Part shown: positions 1-12,000 of the stretch, one piece after another
Numbering within the stretch: position 1 is the first letter of the stretch
Layout: every line of letters begins with the position of its first letter
Source: Perkinsus chesapeaki ATCC PRA-425
Taxonomy: Eukaryota; Protista; Perkinsozoa
Assembly: GCA_013115145.1 (NCBI GenBank)
Contig: JAAPAO010000082.1
Location: 1 to 64,000, forward strand
DNA length: 64,000 nt
Direction of reading: 5' to 3'
The notes under the pieces: generated by a model
Databases searched by the model: none
Told to the model about the DNA's origin: nothing
Seen by the model: only the letters and a program-made list of their open reading frames with translations
Made by a program: the position numbers and the translations under genes

Positions 1-198
1 CAACTTTTGGAGTGTGTTCGGGTTTCGGGTTTGAGTATTCCTCCCGCACTCCCGTGTTCGATGGGATTTTACACGTCTTAGCGAGGGTCATGTCGGACGG
101 TTCCACGTTATGACTTTGCGATATAAAATTTGTACCCGCTTGGGCTAAGGTGTTCTACCAGCTTCTAAACGACATTCTGGTACGTGAATTTCTTCTGG

Positions 199-225
199 CC
201 TCCAGCAGTAGCCTACTGCTGGAGG
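199..225. repeat. Perfect 13-bp inverted repeat (CCTCCAGCAGTAG c CTACTGCTGGAGG)
   Basis: Arms at 199-211 and 213-225 are exact reverse complements. Confidence 0.9.
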
Positions 226-389
226 TTCCACAGACACAATTTGTAGCTTGACTTCGTCATGTGACGATTTCACAACGTGAAATTCACACAACCTGTGTGA
301 CCCAAAATAGGAAATGTCGTTCAAGGAGCTTTGCAGATCGATGACTTTCGATCAGCCTTTTGACGCAAAATCTTGACAGGCTAGCCAAC

Positions 390-1240
390 CTATAGCTCTA
401 ATTGGTCCTCAACCCTATAGAGCACGCCATTCGTGTTGGGTTCCGGTTTCACTCCGTGCTTGTTGTATATTGAACTTGACTCCGCACAATCCAACCTACA
501 TGTAGAACATATGGACAACTCGTAAATATCGGCATGAAGTCTATTGATATCACAGTGGTTCAGGAGCAGCAGCCTCATTGCCGTTGCTTCTTCGTGTACT
601 TCGCAACAGCTTCTGTTGAACCTCCCGCCGGAGTCTCCGCTTCGAATGCTCGAGAACTTTCCATGTAGTTCTGGTCTGGCTCGTTGTTTCTTGCACAGGC
701 GAGGTTCCATCGCGAAGGGCTCTACATACATGTCTAATGGCATGTCGACCACAATATGAAGGGCTCTTTCCCAGCGCCTTCTCTTTGCATGTTTCTAGAA
801 GTATTCTAAAACGTCCTTCGCAAGGCGTGTTCGAGGGAACTTGAGCATCGAGTGCTTGTACTTCGACGTGTTTTCGATCAAAAAGTGTCCACTGTTCACC
901 GTCCTGCAAGTTGCTTCCTGTTTTATTGACTGTTGGATCTCTGACGAGGAAAGCGACGCATTTGAATTAATAATGAATGATAACTCACTCAGCGTAAAGA
1001 CGTCTCACGTATACCCCTTTGAGAGCTCCTTCCTCTGCCCCAGAAAGCTCGAAGCCCCTCGGTAGGGATTTTTGCTGGGGAGTTGTGCCCACAAGCTCCA
1101 TGCAAACTGCAGATTTCACAGATAAGGGGTGCGAGGAGTCCTTATGGAGTCCGAGAGCCTGTTTGCTCGTATAGTCGATAACGATGCATTGTGAATCATC
1201 GTCCTGGTGTTCTCTTATACTAATGCCCATTCCCACAATT
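390..1240 (-). other. Intron-poor run of broken ORFs, possibly a degenerate DNA transposon
   Basis: Overlapping stop-interrupted minus-strand ORFs; a CGRH motif resembles the Mutator-type CxxH; the adjacent non-coding end carries a hairpin. No clear DDE triad seen. Confidence 0.2.
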
Positions 1241-2013
1241 CTAATACTTCCTTCGATGAATCCAACACCCTGAAAAATATAGAATAAGATGAATCAGAGC
1301 AATTGTACGCCATCCTACGAGGGGACTCGTTGCCAGCAGCTGCCTTGATAGAACCAAAAGAGCTGCTGCCGATAATGAATGCATACTACAATGATAGTGT
1401 TGTTACTAACTGAAGTGCGGGAACAATCTTCTCTCAAATTCGGTCGAGTCGACAGAACCCCACCTCTATCTGCAGGCTTACAGCAAAGATTCTCTTTAAT
1501 AGGCATTTGCGACTATATTTACTCGTTGCTCATTGCTCGGCGTTTGGGAAAACCATTTCGTGGACTTTTCCTCTCACTGACATCACGAGACACGTATGTA
1601 TTGAGACACGGTCTCGCAAAGATCTTACGGAGACAGCGCAGTAAGGATAACTGAATATTGCGGAGACGGTTAGAATCGCTCTGGAAAGCAGTCTTCTCGA
1701 GCAGCCACACCTTGCTGGCGGCGGATGAAGTCCAACCTTGTGATCCTCGGCCCCGCCAGAAGCTAGGCTTATACGTAGCTGCTCAGGCAACGGGTGATTG
1801 CATTCTAGCTTATCGAAGCAGCTATGACCTGTGCGGTTCGGCTTCGTAGGACTTTTATCTCAAGTTCTTTCTGAGGAACGGGGAATTGCGACTATTTTCG
1901 ACATTTCGGTTCGATAGTATTTCCGATTCTCCTACTAACCGTGTTACAGATCAAACGCTTTGCTCGCCAGGATGTTACCGTACATCGTCAGCATTAATAA
2001 TATCTCCCTTTTA

Positions 2014-3379
2014 ATGGTAAATAAAACAGAGCCCAAGCCTAGTGCCCCTCACTGGGCGCTGAGCAGTGCCGGCGCGACAGCCGCAGCCTTACAGCATCAT
2101 TACTCCATAAAAGGCTTACCAGGAGGGAAACCACTACAAGTGAAACAACGGAAAAAGCAGCCGAAAGGTGAGTATATCAGGGGCTCACATATTGTGGGCC
2201 CCTTGGATAGAATGCGTTGGATGTACTTCAGCAGTGGCACACAACTCAAGTCACTTCGAAGGTGGACTATCATACGAGGAGAAAATGATCCATTACAACT
2301 CCTCACTCACGGCCGCTGAAAAGGCAGGTTTAGTGCAGCGTCCGAGGCTTCCTTTGACGGATAAGGAATGGGTTTCGGCGAAGTCACTATCGGACCACCG
2401 ATGCGATGAGATGTGCTCCATTTGCTGGGAGCCTTTCCGAGACAGGTCTCAAGTGATACTAGCATGCACTCACACCTTCCATGAGAAGTGCTTCGTGAGC
2501 TACCTAAGATTCGCGGAAGCTTCCCCGTCGGAGATGAGTGCCAGATGCCCAGTGTGTAGGGCTGAAGCGCATGATTGGACTGGCCATGATGGTGGATTCA
2601 ACGTCTGGCGCAACAAATGTGCGTCGAGGATTCAGCGGCACTGGCGAGGGTATAAAGAGAGGTCGCGAGTGCTAGGAATACTGCCAGCGGGAAGCAAGCT
2701 TCGGAGGAAGTCTGTAGCTCGGCGGTTAACTGCCGTGGGAAGCCGCGTCGAGCAAATAGGAGAAGCAAGGCGGACTATGGTCGACGAGCTTCTCGTCGAT
2801 ATGGACAGAAATTTGCAGGACAGCTCGCGTGTCCTTAGAGAGAGCCTTCGAGCACTAGAACGATTTAGGAAGGGCCTTCCTCTTGATACAGTAATAAGTG
2901 CTACATCGCAGACTCAACCTTATATGCTTATTGGCTCAGTCGTGTAATAATTATAACAATCCTACGACACTAAAGATCGCTAACAACTTATCCTTTCAAT
3001 CTTTCGTGGATATTGTGGAATTGCCAGTGTGCAGTATTGTTATCTGTAGGAGTCCCCGTCGTCTGGTGCGGATAAGGGGCCGGACAACTGGTTAAGTAAA
3101 GCTGTGGAGATAGCGCTGAACCGTGACGAGCACGATTGCCCTATATGTTATGACGGAGTAAGAACTTGTGGATTATCAAACGGCGTTAACGTATTTTAGC
3201 TTTTTCTGAGGCCCGAACATGAGCAGAATGGATCAAAGCGGCGTCCTGTTGCGATCCTGTCGTGCAGCCATGCCTTCCATCAGAAGTGTATCGACAGCTT
3301 CGAATCTTTTAAAGTGTACGAGAGACGATCTTGTCCTATGTGTCGGCAAGAGTACGACAGACGACCATGGCCAATGTAG
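2014..3379 (+). CDS. RNF32: RING finger protein 32-like (RING-H2, IQ motif, second RING-H2), multi-exon
   Basis: LTAAEKAGLV..PLTDKEW, CSICWEPF..ILACTHTFHEKC..CPVCR, IQ motif ASRIQRHWRGYKER, then DCPICYD..LSCSHAFHQKCIDSFESF..CPMCRQEY; this matches RNF32 domain order. Confidence 0.85.
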
Positions 3380-3828
3380 TCTATGCCCTTTATGCTTGCA
3401 TGAATGGACATGTCTTTCTATCACGTGATTAATGTCATTGGTTTGTGTTGGATGGCATCCATTATGAACTCTCTTTCTAAAATATCCTATTTAACGATCG
3501 TTCAGGAAGCCAGGAGCTAGCGTGACATCGCTCGTAGCAAGCATAGTGCCTGCTATCGAAGCTCCGTGTTGCCCGCGTTAGTGACATTACCTCAAACCTG
3601 CGTAACATAGGCAATGTATAGTGACGCAAATACGCGGTTCACATGCCGCCTGATTCTCAATCAACTTAGTCATATTGTGCTTGTGAGACACAGGTCAAAT
3701 GTCACAGAATTCATCACTGTCACACCTATTATTGGGCGCGCGAGAAAAATTATAAGCTGATATAATAACTCGCTCGCCGAGACTTGCGCAGTTCGACTCG
3801 AAAAAATTATTGACTCCTCCAGTTTGAG

Positions 3829-4250
3829 ATGCCAGTTATTCAGAAGCCTCTTCTCCCAAGTGGTCGTGCTATCCTGAAACATGGCCGATCTTTGATGGGG
3901 AGCGGTAATCTGAGCCATGATGTTAATTCTACTATTAAGGCTCCTGAATCTAGAAGAGGTATGGGCTACACGCAATTTAAGAGGTTTACTCCTGTACCTA
4001 TTGAAAGTGGTATGAGCGTTGGTAACCGTGGATGGTTCTTTCCTGGTGTTATCCCATATCAAGGCCACTAAGGTGAGCAGCTAATAACTTATTTGGGAGA
4101 GCTCAATCTTTCCCTTCTCAGACCTCATTGGAGGGGTTTTCTCTGATGATGAGCTGCTGATAAGAACATTAGGGTAAGTGCTGATTAGGCCTGTACGAGC
4201 TCCAAGCTCCTACTTCTACCTTGCCTCAGTTGCGTGAGCTTCCTTTGGCA
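3829..4250 (+). CDS. Short hypothetical multi-exon protein
   Basis: 80-aa ORF MPVIQKPLLPSG.. followed by GT-AG intron-like segments; no recognised domain; structure uncertain. Confidence 0.3.
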
Positions 4251-4508
4251 GAGCTATCGTAGAGTGCCGTGATACATCGTCAGATATCATTGTTAGTATC
4301 ATCATCATTATTATTTGATATTTACTCTCAAGGCTCGTGTTAGTGGGTGAACAAGGAATGACTATGCTATGCGGAAGGTAACAACATGAAGATAGTTAGA
4401 AAGTTGTAAATCGAAGTCTGATAATATCCAACAACCTTAAAGTATACCGACGATGAAACTTGTCAATGTTGTATTATCGAAGATTATTCTAATTATTAAA
4501 ATATAAAT

Positions 4509-5942
4509 ATGTCATTATTGATGTCGGCTTTACGAAGTCGATCACGAGGACTGATGGTGAATCCTTGTGTCACAGCCACAGTGAGGAGGCACTTCAGTCA
4601 AGGGGGCCCCTATGGTGATGATCATATAGAGCAGCTAAAGAAGGCTATGATGAATCCCAAGACCGATCCAGAGAGGTATTGGAAAGAGCTGGAGTTGAAA
4701 GCAAAGGCGGAAGGGAAGCCTGGTGCGGCAACAGCCTGGTGCGGAAGTAGCATAGGATAGCTCTCAGTGCCGGAGAAGCCAGCTGGGCCTAATTTGAAAC
4801 CGTTACCATCTAACCAGTGGAACTTCGAAAATGCCGGCATCATCAGAGAAGATGATACTAATGTGAAGTGAGATTATTATCCTACTACTTCACCTCCCGG
4901 CATACCTGCTTCTTTCGCAGTTTTACGTACAAAGGCGCGGCCCTCTTCGTATGCGTTGGATCATTAGTGCTGTTGATGGTCGAATTGTAAGCTGTTATAT
5001 GTTACCTGATACTGTCCTCTTCCAATTATTGCTCTCAGTGCGGATTATCAAAGGAAGCACGGTGTTGGTCGATCATTGGCCGAAGTAGAGGAGGTTGGCA
5101 AGCCCAAACTGGGTGGTCCTTGGACGCTGGTGGACTGCAGTGAGTGACGTGATTCCCATTGAGCAACTCATGCTTCTTTTAGAAAGTGGCAAACCATTGG
5201 CTTCTGAGCAGCTGCGTGGTAAGTTCTATCTTATATATTTTGGTTTCACCTTCTGCCCGGATATTTGTCCTCAAGAACTAGAGAAAGCTGGACAGGCTGT
5301 CGACATGGTTGAGAAGGAGTACGGTGCTGGTAGGTATCCTAACGCGGCAGATTATGTGAGTCCATTGGCAGGCACGGTCGTGCCCATCTTTGTAACCGTC
5401 GATCCCAGTAGGGACACATGCGCCCAGGTAGTTGCTCAAGGCATTTTCGCCCTTCTTGCTTTGGCTTCAGACCAAACTTTATCTGAGCGAGTTTGATCCT
5501 CGGACCATCGGCCTTACTGGAACTCATGCCCAAATTAAGGACATAACTCGGAAGTTCCGCGTGTAAGGGGAATCGACCATGGTAGTAGCCTCACGAAAGT
5601 GTGTTACTAATACAGAGATATGGTAGACATTCTCCTAGAAAATAGTTCCTAGAACGACAGAGAGCATCGAATCCATTCCTCCTGGGAAGATGTAATGTGT
5701 CTTAACGACCCCTTGGTGATACAAGGTACTACAATCAAGGCATTCGGAATGACTCTGAGGATTATCTGGTCGACCATTCTATCATACATTATTTGATGGG
5801 GCCTAATGGAAAGTTCATTGATTTCTATGGCAAGAATTTAACAGCAGAAGAGATGGCAACGAAGATTGGTAGAGAGGTGCATAGATATCGTAAAAGACGG
5901 GAAGAACGGAAAAAGAGTCGGGGAGTTCAGGATGAGGAATGA
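4509..5942 (+). CDS. SCO1: Cytochrome c oxidase copper chaperone SCO1/SenC, multi-exon
   Basis: [23 protein letters not shown] (CxxxC), [30 protein letters not shown]; Arg/Ser-rich N-terminus resembling a mitochondrial presequence. Confidence 0.92.
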
Positions 5943-6464
5943 TGATGATAGCCATGTGTTTCTGTGGAAGACACGATTCAAGTTTCTAGACAGGTTTGCT
6001 GAGCTGCTTTCTAGTTGCTAGTCAGATTTGTACTTGTGAAACAGCATTTACTCGTGCTTGGAAATCAATTGTCATCACCTTCGAGAGCCATCCCAATCAA
6101 CGCCACAAGACAAGTCCATGGGTCAACCATGTGCTTCCGATGGAACTGATTGAACTGTACTTTCAAGCACTCGTGCTTGCCAAACCACTTAAGCAAAGTT
6201 GAAGTTAACAGAGATTTGCCGCTGTCCCCTTTCGTCCCATTTCCCGTTGTCCTTCCCTACGAGCTATCCCAGATAATCGCAGCATTATCATCTTGCATCT
6301 GGTTACACTATGGTGGTGGTTAACTCAACAATCGTAGGTGTACAAGCTAATGGAATAAATTCAAAAAATATATATCATCACTGTGCGGTTGTCATCAGTT
6401 CGGAAACATACTTCTACTCAAGCATAGTCAACCACAGCAAATGTAGCATGTATTTGATATAACA

Positions 6465-8640
6465 CTAAGACGTGCGAGCTACATAGCTGCTGGTGAGATC
6501 AATCAACGCTTGTCGAGCATCGCAATCCGGTAGCTGCAGTAGGCAGCCGATGGCCTAAAAACAGAGCAATGCTGACGTAGTAACTAACCAGAAGGGTAGG
6601 CTTTCAATCTAGAGGTCTCTGGTTCAATCCTATGCACACACCTTTGATGCATGGTACTTGACCAGCAGTTTCGATCGTTGTAAGGCTCTGGGGTTCTTTC
6701 GTAGCGCATCCATTGCAACTGTTGGGTCCGACTTCCCCTTAAATCCTCTTTCCACCAGAGCAAGGAGTGACGGGTCATCATCACATGCGTATAGGAACTG
6801 AAAAGTGTCGAATGAGCTGGCAGATGCGCGCAGGTATTTTACCGGAGCTGTCGCCTGACCGTTGACGAAATCCGCTCCCTTTGGTTTGCCAAGACCATCA
6901 TCTTCCTCTTCCACATCTAGCATGTCATCCCGTATTTGAAACTCCAAGCCGAAATGAACACCAAATAGGTAACAAGCGGAGACCAGGGCCGGCGGGAGGT
7001 CTGACCAACGAATTTAACGAAGATTCCCGAAGCTCGGTGTAGGTAATGTAAAAACGTCTTTTGTATGGGAAAGCAGTGCACTGTTCTCTGTACTATTCTA
7101 AACGACTTGTTTACATTAGTGCAACGAGCCTTGTAGTAAAAGGATGGCACCTTTGATAGTGGGAAGATAGGTCCTTGTAAATGGCAGCATAGAACTTGCC
7201 ATACCAAGCTGGGCGGTAACATCAGCCACCTTATCGAGCCTCGATGACTCTCGAGAAATTTGCGTAGGAACACTTCTAACCTACCAGCGCAGATGGCCAC
7301 CGACTCCATGGCACTGGCAAACAGGCTAGCTGTCTTATAAAAGGACTTCAATATGTATCGCTGAAAATGCGGCTCGACTTGGGGGCACTTCAGCGCTATC
7401 TCCGAGAATCGGTCGAAGGAAGTAGAGGAGTCCGGCTCGGCTGTCGATGACGATCTCGATAGGCTGAGAGGATATTATCCACTTCACCAGGACTAGAACC
7501 CGCAGTTTTCGGATGAGAAGTAATGCGCTCTACCAACTAGACTACGAGCGCTGCGATATCACAACTTACTGCTTGAGTAGGACACTAGAGGAGCTCCTAT
7601 TACTGTTGTTGCTATCATCAATCTCGCTATCAGAGCCACCTGGCGAAGATGGCTTCATTAAAGCGTGCACTGCCCATTGAGAAGGCTAGCTACATTTGGT
7701 AGTGGCAGTGCTGCCCTCCTCATCAGGCTTAGTCGACAAACTCATTCGCATGGTATCCTCATCCGTGGGCAAATGCCTCTTGCGCTGAACTTGCAATAGT
7801 TCCCCTGGACAGAGCCCCTCCACAACAGCAGCCTTATCGACCCTCTACTACCTTTAACCAGATTCTGCATGCTACCAGCGATGCACTTGGTGACTTGGGG
7901 GTTGTTGATCCTGGTAAGGCATCCTATCATAACCGACACTATAAAATCGCCAGTCCACACAGCCTGATCGTTGCCGTAACGACTGTTGAGGGAAAGTATG
8001 TAGAGACTGATTCAGTAGGTCGCTACCAGCAGTGACTAGGTAGACCTCGCCTGGTGGCAGCTTCGTCCACAACATCATCATGAAGCAGGGATGCATTGTG
8101 CTCACATTCGATAACCTAATACATGTGCCCACTACTGCTTGAATTATGACTTAGGCATACCTCAGCAAGAAGCTCTTGCTTTGCCTCTAGTCTGTCTCTA
8201 TCATTCGTGTCGGTTGTTGCTGTTTCGGTACGTTTGTTGAAGGATGGCGGTACTTTAGCGGCAATATCGGCCATTAGTAGGACTAGTCTGCTCCGAGCCA
8301 TCTTACCTTATAACACAGTTAACAAGCAGGAACGCAGCCCTTTGCTGAACCGTCTCACCTGGCGCTTTAAAAGCATAAGCTAAAGAATCTTTGAGCCCCT
8401 CAGATTTCACCGTATCAGCATCCCTTTCACAGCAATCAATGATGGATTGATGGAGCCTCTTGGTGCGTTCCTCAGTGAGATCCCTCCATGAAGGTCGGTT
8501 GATGGCCGAGGATGGTGATGGCCAATCCTCTAAGGAGAATCTTACGGTTCAATTTCTAGTGGTTAGTAAGCACCTTCATACGCTATCACCGAGCTCTCTC
8601 TAACACCATCAATATCCATTTTACCAACATGTTCGCACAT
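6465..8640 (-). CDS. Long-chain trans-isoprenyl diphosphate synthase (IspB/Coq1/PDSS1-like), multi-exon; start approximate
   Basis: APGKMAR; EHNASLLHDDVVDEAATRRGLP (first Asp-rich motif); YGNDQAVWTGDF; YKTASLF; GLEFQIRDDMLD..GKPKGADF (second Asp-rich motif); C-terminal exon ending YVARTS-stop. Confidence 0.9.
6571..6642 (+). pseudogene. Decayed tRNA-like element (Phe/Lys/Glu-like layout), antisense inside the intron at 6555-6641
   Basis: GTAGG-CTTTCAA-TCTAG-AGGTC-TCTGG-TTCAATC-CTATG with 72-nt tRNA spacing; anticodon stem 4/5 paired, canonical variable and T loops; acceptor stem lost. Confidence 0.55.
7479..7551 (-). pseudogene. Decayed tRNA-Arg(TCT)-like element inside the intron at 7464-7569
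   Basis: TAGTCTAGTTGGTAGAGCGCATT-ACTTCTCATCCGAAAACTGCGGGTTCTAGTCC parallels eukaryotic tRNA-Arg(TCT) (AGCGCATTggACTTCTAATCCAAAGGTTGCGGGTTCGAGTCC); stems broken. Confidence 0.65.
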
Positions 8641-9039
8641 ATCCGATTTAAGTTTCCTCAGTTGCCTACTTCTAGCTGGTAATAAGAATATACGCCTTAT
8701 AGTGGAGGCACTGAAGAGGCATATTACCAGTGTAATCTACCATAAAATAATAGGATTCCCCTTCATACCGATTTCCCCGCTATTACCAGGAAAATATAAA
8801 CGAGTAGGATGCCCCGTCCGTGGTGTTGTTCTTCGTTTAAAGCATGTGCCAATGCCAGCCCAGCGATAGCACTGGGGGCCAGCAGTCTTGGAATGGACTC
8901 TACCTCTCCAACCAACATGCTGCTAAAAACTACTAACATTGGATCACTTAAACTGCGTTTTCAGCATCTGCATCGCTCCGCTGACTTTTTGTGATTTCTT
9001 TTACACTTTTGTTAGTCAACCCTACTTAAGTGACCATCT

Positions 9040-12000
9040 ATAGACGTTTAAGGCGTTTTCACAACGTATATGAACAAGGAGCATATTCACTCGCCTGGCG
9101 CTATGGAAACTTAGGCGAAATTCGAACTGAAGGTCCTTCCTAGAAGACGCTCTCCCAAGTGTGCAAAATACGTACCGCCCTGTGGTGGGGAACTACTTTT
9201 GCCTAATCCAACAGTACTGTAGGGTTATATTAGTTTATTGTGATGGATACAGTGGCTACATCAGATAGATATCCTATAACAGTATCTGATGAGGATGTTA
9301 ATATCCTGTCTAATGAGCTGGATAAGGCTGGTAATAAGGGGTATGATGCAGATCCAGCATCATCGCTGATCCTCCTATATTATCACAGCTGCCATTTGGA
9401 AGCTTTATTCCTTAAGAAAGAATTGCCCTTAGGTTTTCATGTCAACAGATCATTCCCTATAAATTTTACCTGATTTTTCCGTGGTCCGTGAAAGTGACCT
9501 CAACGTATCTTATCCAATACTTTCATGAAAAGGTTTTACCCAGTCTAACAATTGGTATTGCCATCCATCGCTCTCAGACACACCAGCAGATGCCTTGCAA
9601 CTCTACGAGCATAATAAGGTTCATTTCCGGTCCAGTGCTAAACTAATGTCCCTCGAGGTAGTAGAGTGTTGCAGCATTAATATCACACAGAGGTTATCTA
9701 TGTAGGTCATGAGATTGGCCAAGTTCAAAAAGGAAGGGGAGGCAAAGTGGATGGACAGCTCTCCTTTCATTGACTTCACCACAGCTGTTACGGGTAGTAA
9801 GGGCCAACTCTGGCCATAGGGACGTGGGGGGCCGCTTTAGATGGTTCGACGGGATATCTTGCTGAGATAACATCGTGGACTAACGAGGAGCTAATAACAG
9901 TATTCAAGGCTCTGGCGGAAATCAATATCGACCAACCATTTGTAAGGCATTGCAGGCCCACGTGGTCGTAAAGACTCCTTTATAGGCGATGCTAGCCGCA
10001 TGCCTCCCAGAGAGGCTCATGGGGCTGAGTCCCAAGGAGCTCACAGAATATCTTGAACTGCTGGCTCGGACACCGGAGGTTGTTAGTGATGACCTATTGA
10101 CGCTCGTAGCTGACGAACTGGTAATAAAATGATACTCTGAGGTTGTTTGAGGCAACTGGCTTAGTCCCAACGGAAGTGGCAGGGTGGGTTTACACATAGG
10201 GAGATCAACTCCTCAATGTCATCGGTATTGGCTCTCTCTAGGGCCACTAGGACCCTCACTCAGACCATATGCGAGGTAGAAGTTAAGCCAATGGGCGCCG
10301 CGTGAGGTGTGCGTTGCCAGATTTTTGCCGCCGCGGCTGATACCGTCGCCAACATGCCTCCTGGGAAAAGGTACTAAGCGTTGCGGGTGGGTCGGTATCA
10401 TTAAATAACGGTATTCAATTTAGCTACTTCTCCCTGGCCTTGGATTCATTGACTATAATCACCGCGGCACCAGGCCAGGGGATACCGGGTAGTATAAGGG
10501 GATGGGAAGAGGAGGGAGGATCGAACCAACGGCCTTCTGGATGACAGCTAGGTGCTGTACTGTTAAGCCAAGGTGCCTTAGGTGCAACAGCACTACTGGA
10601 ACGATTGACTAGGGAAGGTGTGGGGCAGTTGAACAGTATGAGCACCTCTGAACTGAGCCAGATGGCATCCAGTGTACGCTACGCCGCTCCCATTCCCTTT
10701 GCACCTCACCGGCAGATTCTTCGGCGGCCTTCCTCATCGACAGACGAGACCACAGGGGCTGCCGCTGCTGCCGACAACCTAGCTGAGGCTATTGCAGAGG
10801 AAGTCCTGAGGCGGGATATACTACTCTTTACACCGAAAGAAGTGGGGGCATCACAGAAGGAGGAGGGGGGATAGAGTGGTCGATTGTGGCAGGTGTCGGA
10901 GCTACTGGCTGCCTTTGGTGGAGGATACGGTCTGGCAAAGGCCTTCTGCCGTGACTATGTCCCTGATCGTATGAGCACATTTGAGGTTAATGATATGGTT
11001 GCTAAGCTCTATGCTGTTGGAACACAGAAGTAGTAATGGGGGGGGGAACCAGGATGGCAGCAGGCATGGGGGGGGCTACGCAGGAGAAGGTCCGATCAAT
11101 CCGTGTCATGGTTAAACTTTGTGTGAGTAGACCGTCAGAATGAGACAGGCCATTATAGTGTACACTGCACATGATATCCTTGGGGCGGCGTGGGAGTATG
11201 GTTCAATCCGAAGGGGGCGTTCTTACCCTTCCTCGAATGTAGTTGTGGCCCCTGTGGGGGGTTCACACAATGATATTTTGAATATGTCAACGACGGAGCG
11301 AAGCTCGGCGATATTGAGTGGGCTGGGAGGAGGGAAACTTAGAGCTCTACGGCCGCCGACTTGTTGCATTGCAAATGGTGTATCTTTCAGTTTGGATCTC
11401 CTCGAGTCCATGTGCCAATATATGAGTACATATAACTATGCTAAAATGAAGAGGGAACTAAGAGCTGATGTAGACCGCTAGTCTGGAGGGGAGGAGTACC
11501 AAGGGGCTCTCTCAGGTGCTGTGCCGGTCACTGCACGACCTCTCCTTGTCCCCGGAGGCCACTGCTAAGTCTAAGAAGCTGTTCGAGTTCGCAGCTAACG
11601 ATTTCGATCTGGCCAGGTAGGCTCCGCCCCTTTAAGCAGTTGTTCAGCATTGGCATAGGTGTGGTCCGGGAAGCCTGTGTGAGCTGGCTAAGGCAATGCT
11701 GCGGTGTAAGGAGAGTACAGTGGACAAAAAGAAAGTGTAGGGCATCTTGTGAAGCGAGGTGGCCGCTAGGTCTGTTGGTGTTAGATTTGTTCGCCTATGT
11801 TCAACCCGTACAGCTGTAGATGACCCTGATGTTTTGGTGGCAATAGCCATGTCGGGTGTATGGGACAGCGGGTAGGAAGGGACGCCGTGTAGGGGGGCAA
11901 GGAGAGTGATGTTAGGTACTTTGAGGAGGCGGCACAGAGACAACTTAAATCAAAATCTAAATCGGCGGAGCGATGCATTTATACCCTCTTTGCTATATCC

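Noticed and set aside
5650-5720. tRNA-like piece on the minus strand in the long SCO1 intron (GTCGTTAAGAC..GGATTCGATG)
   Set aside because: Spacing and anticodon loop do not fit tRNA geometry.
11160-11222. TATGG-TTCAATC-CGAAG as another B-box relic
   Set aside because: No A-box or anticodon-arm geometry upstream and no terminator.
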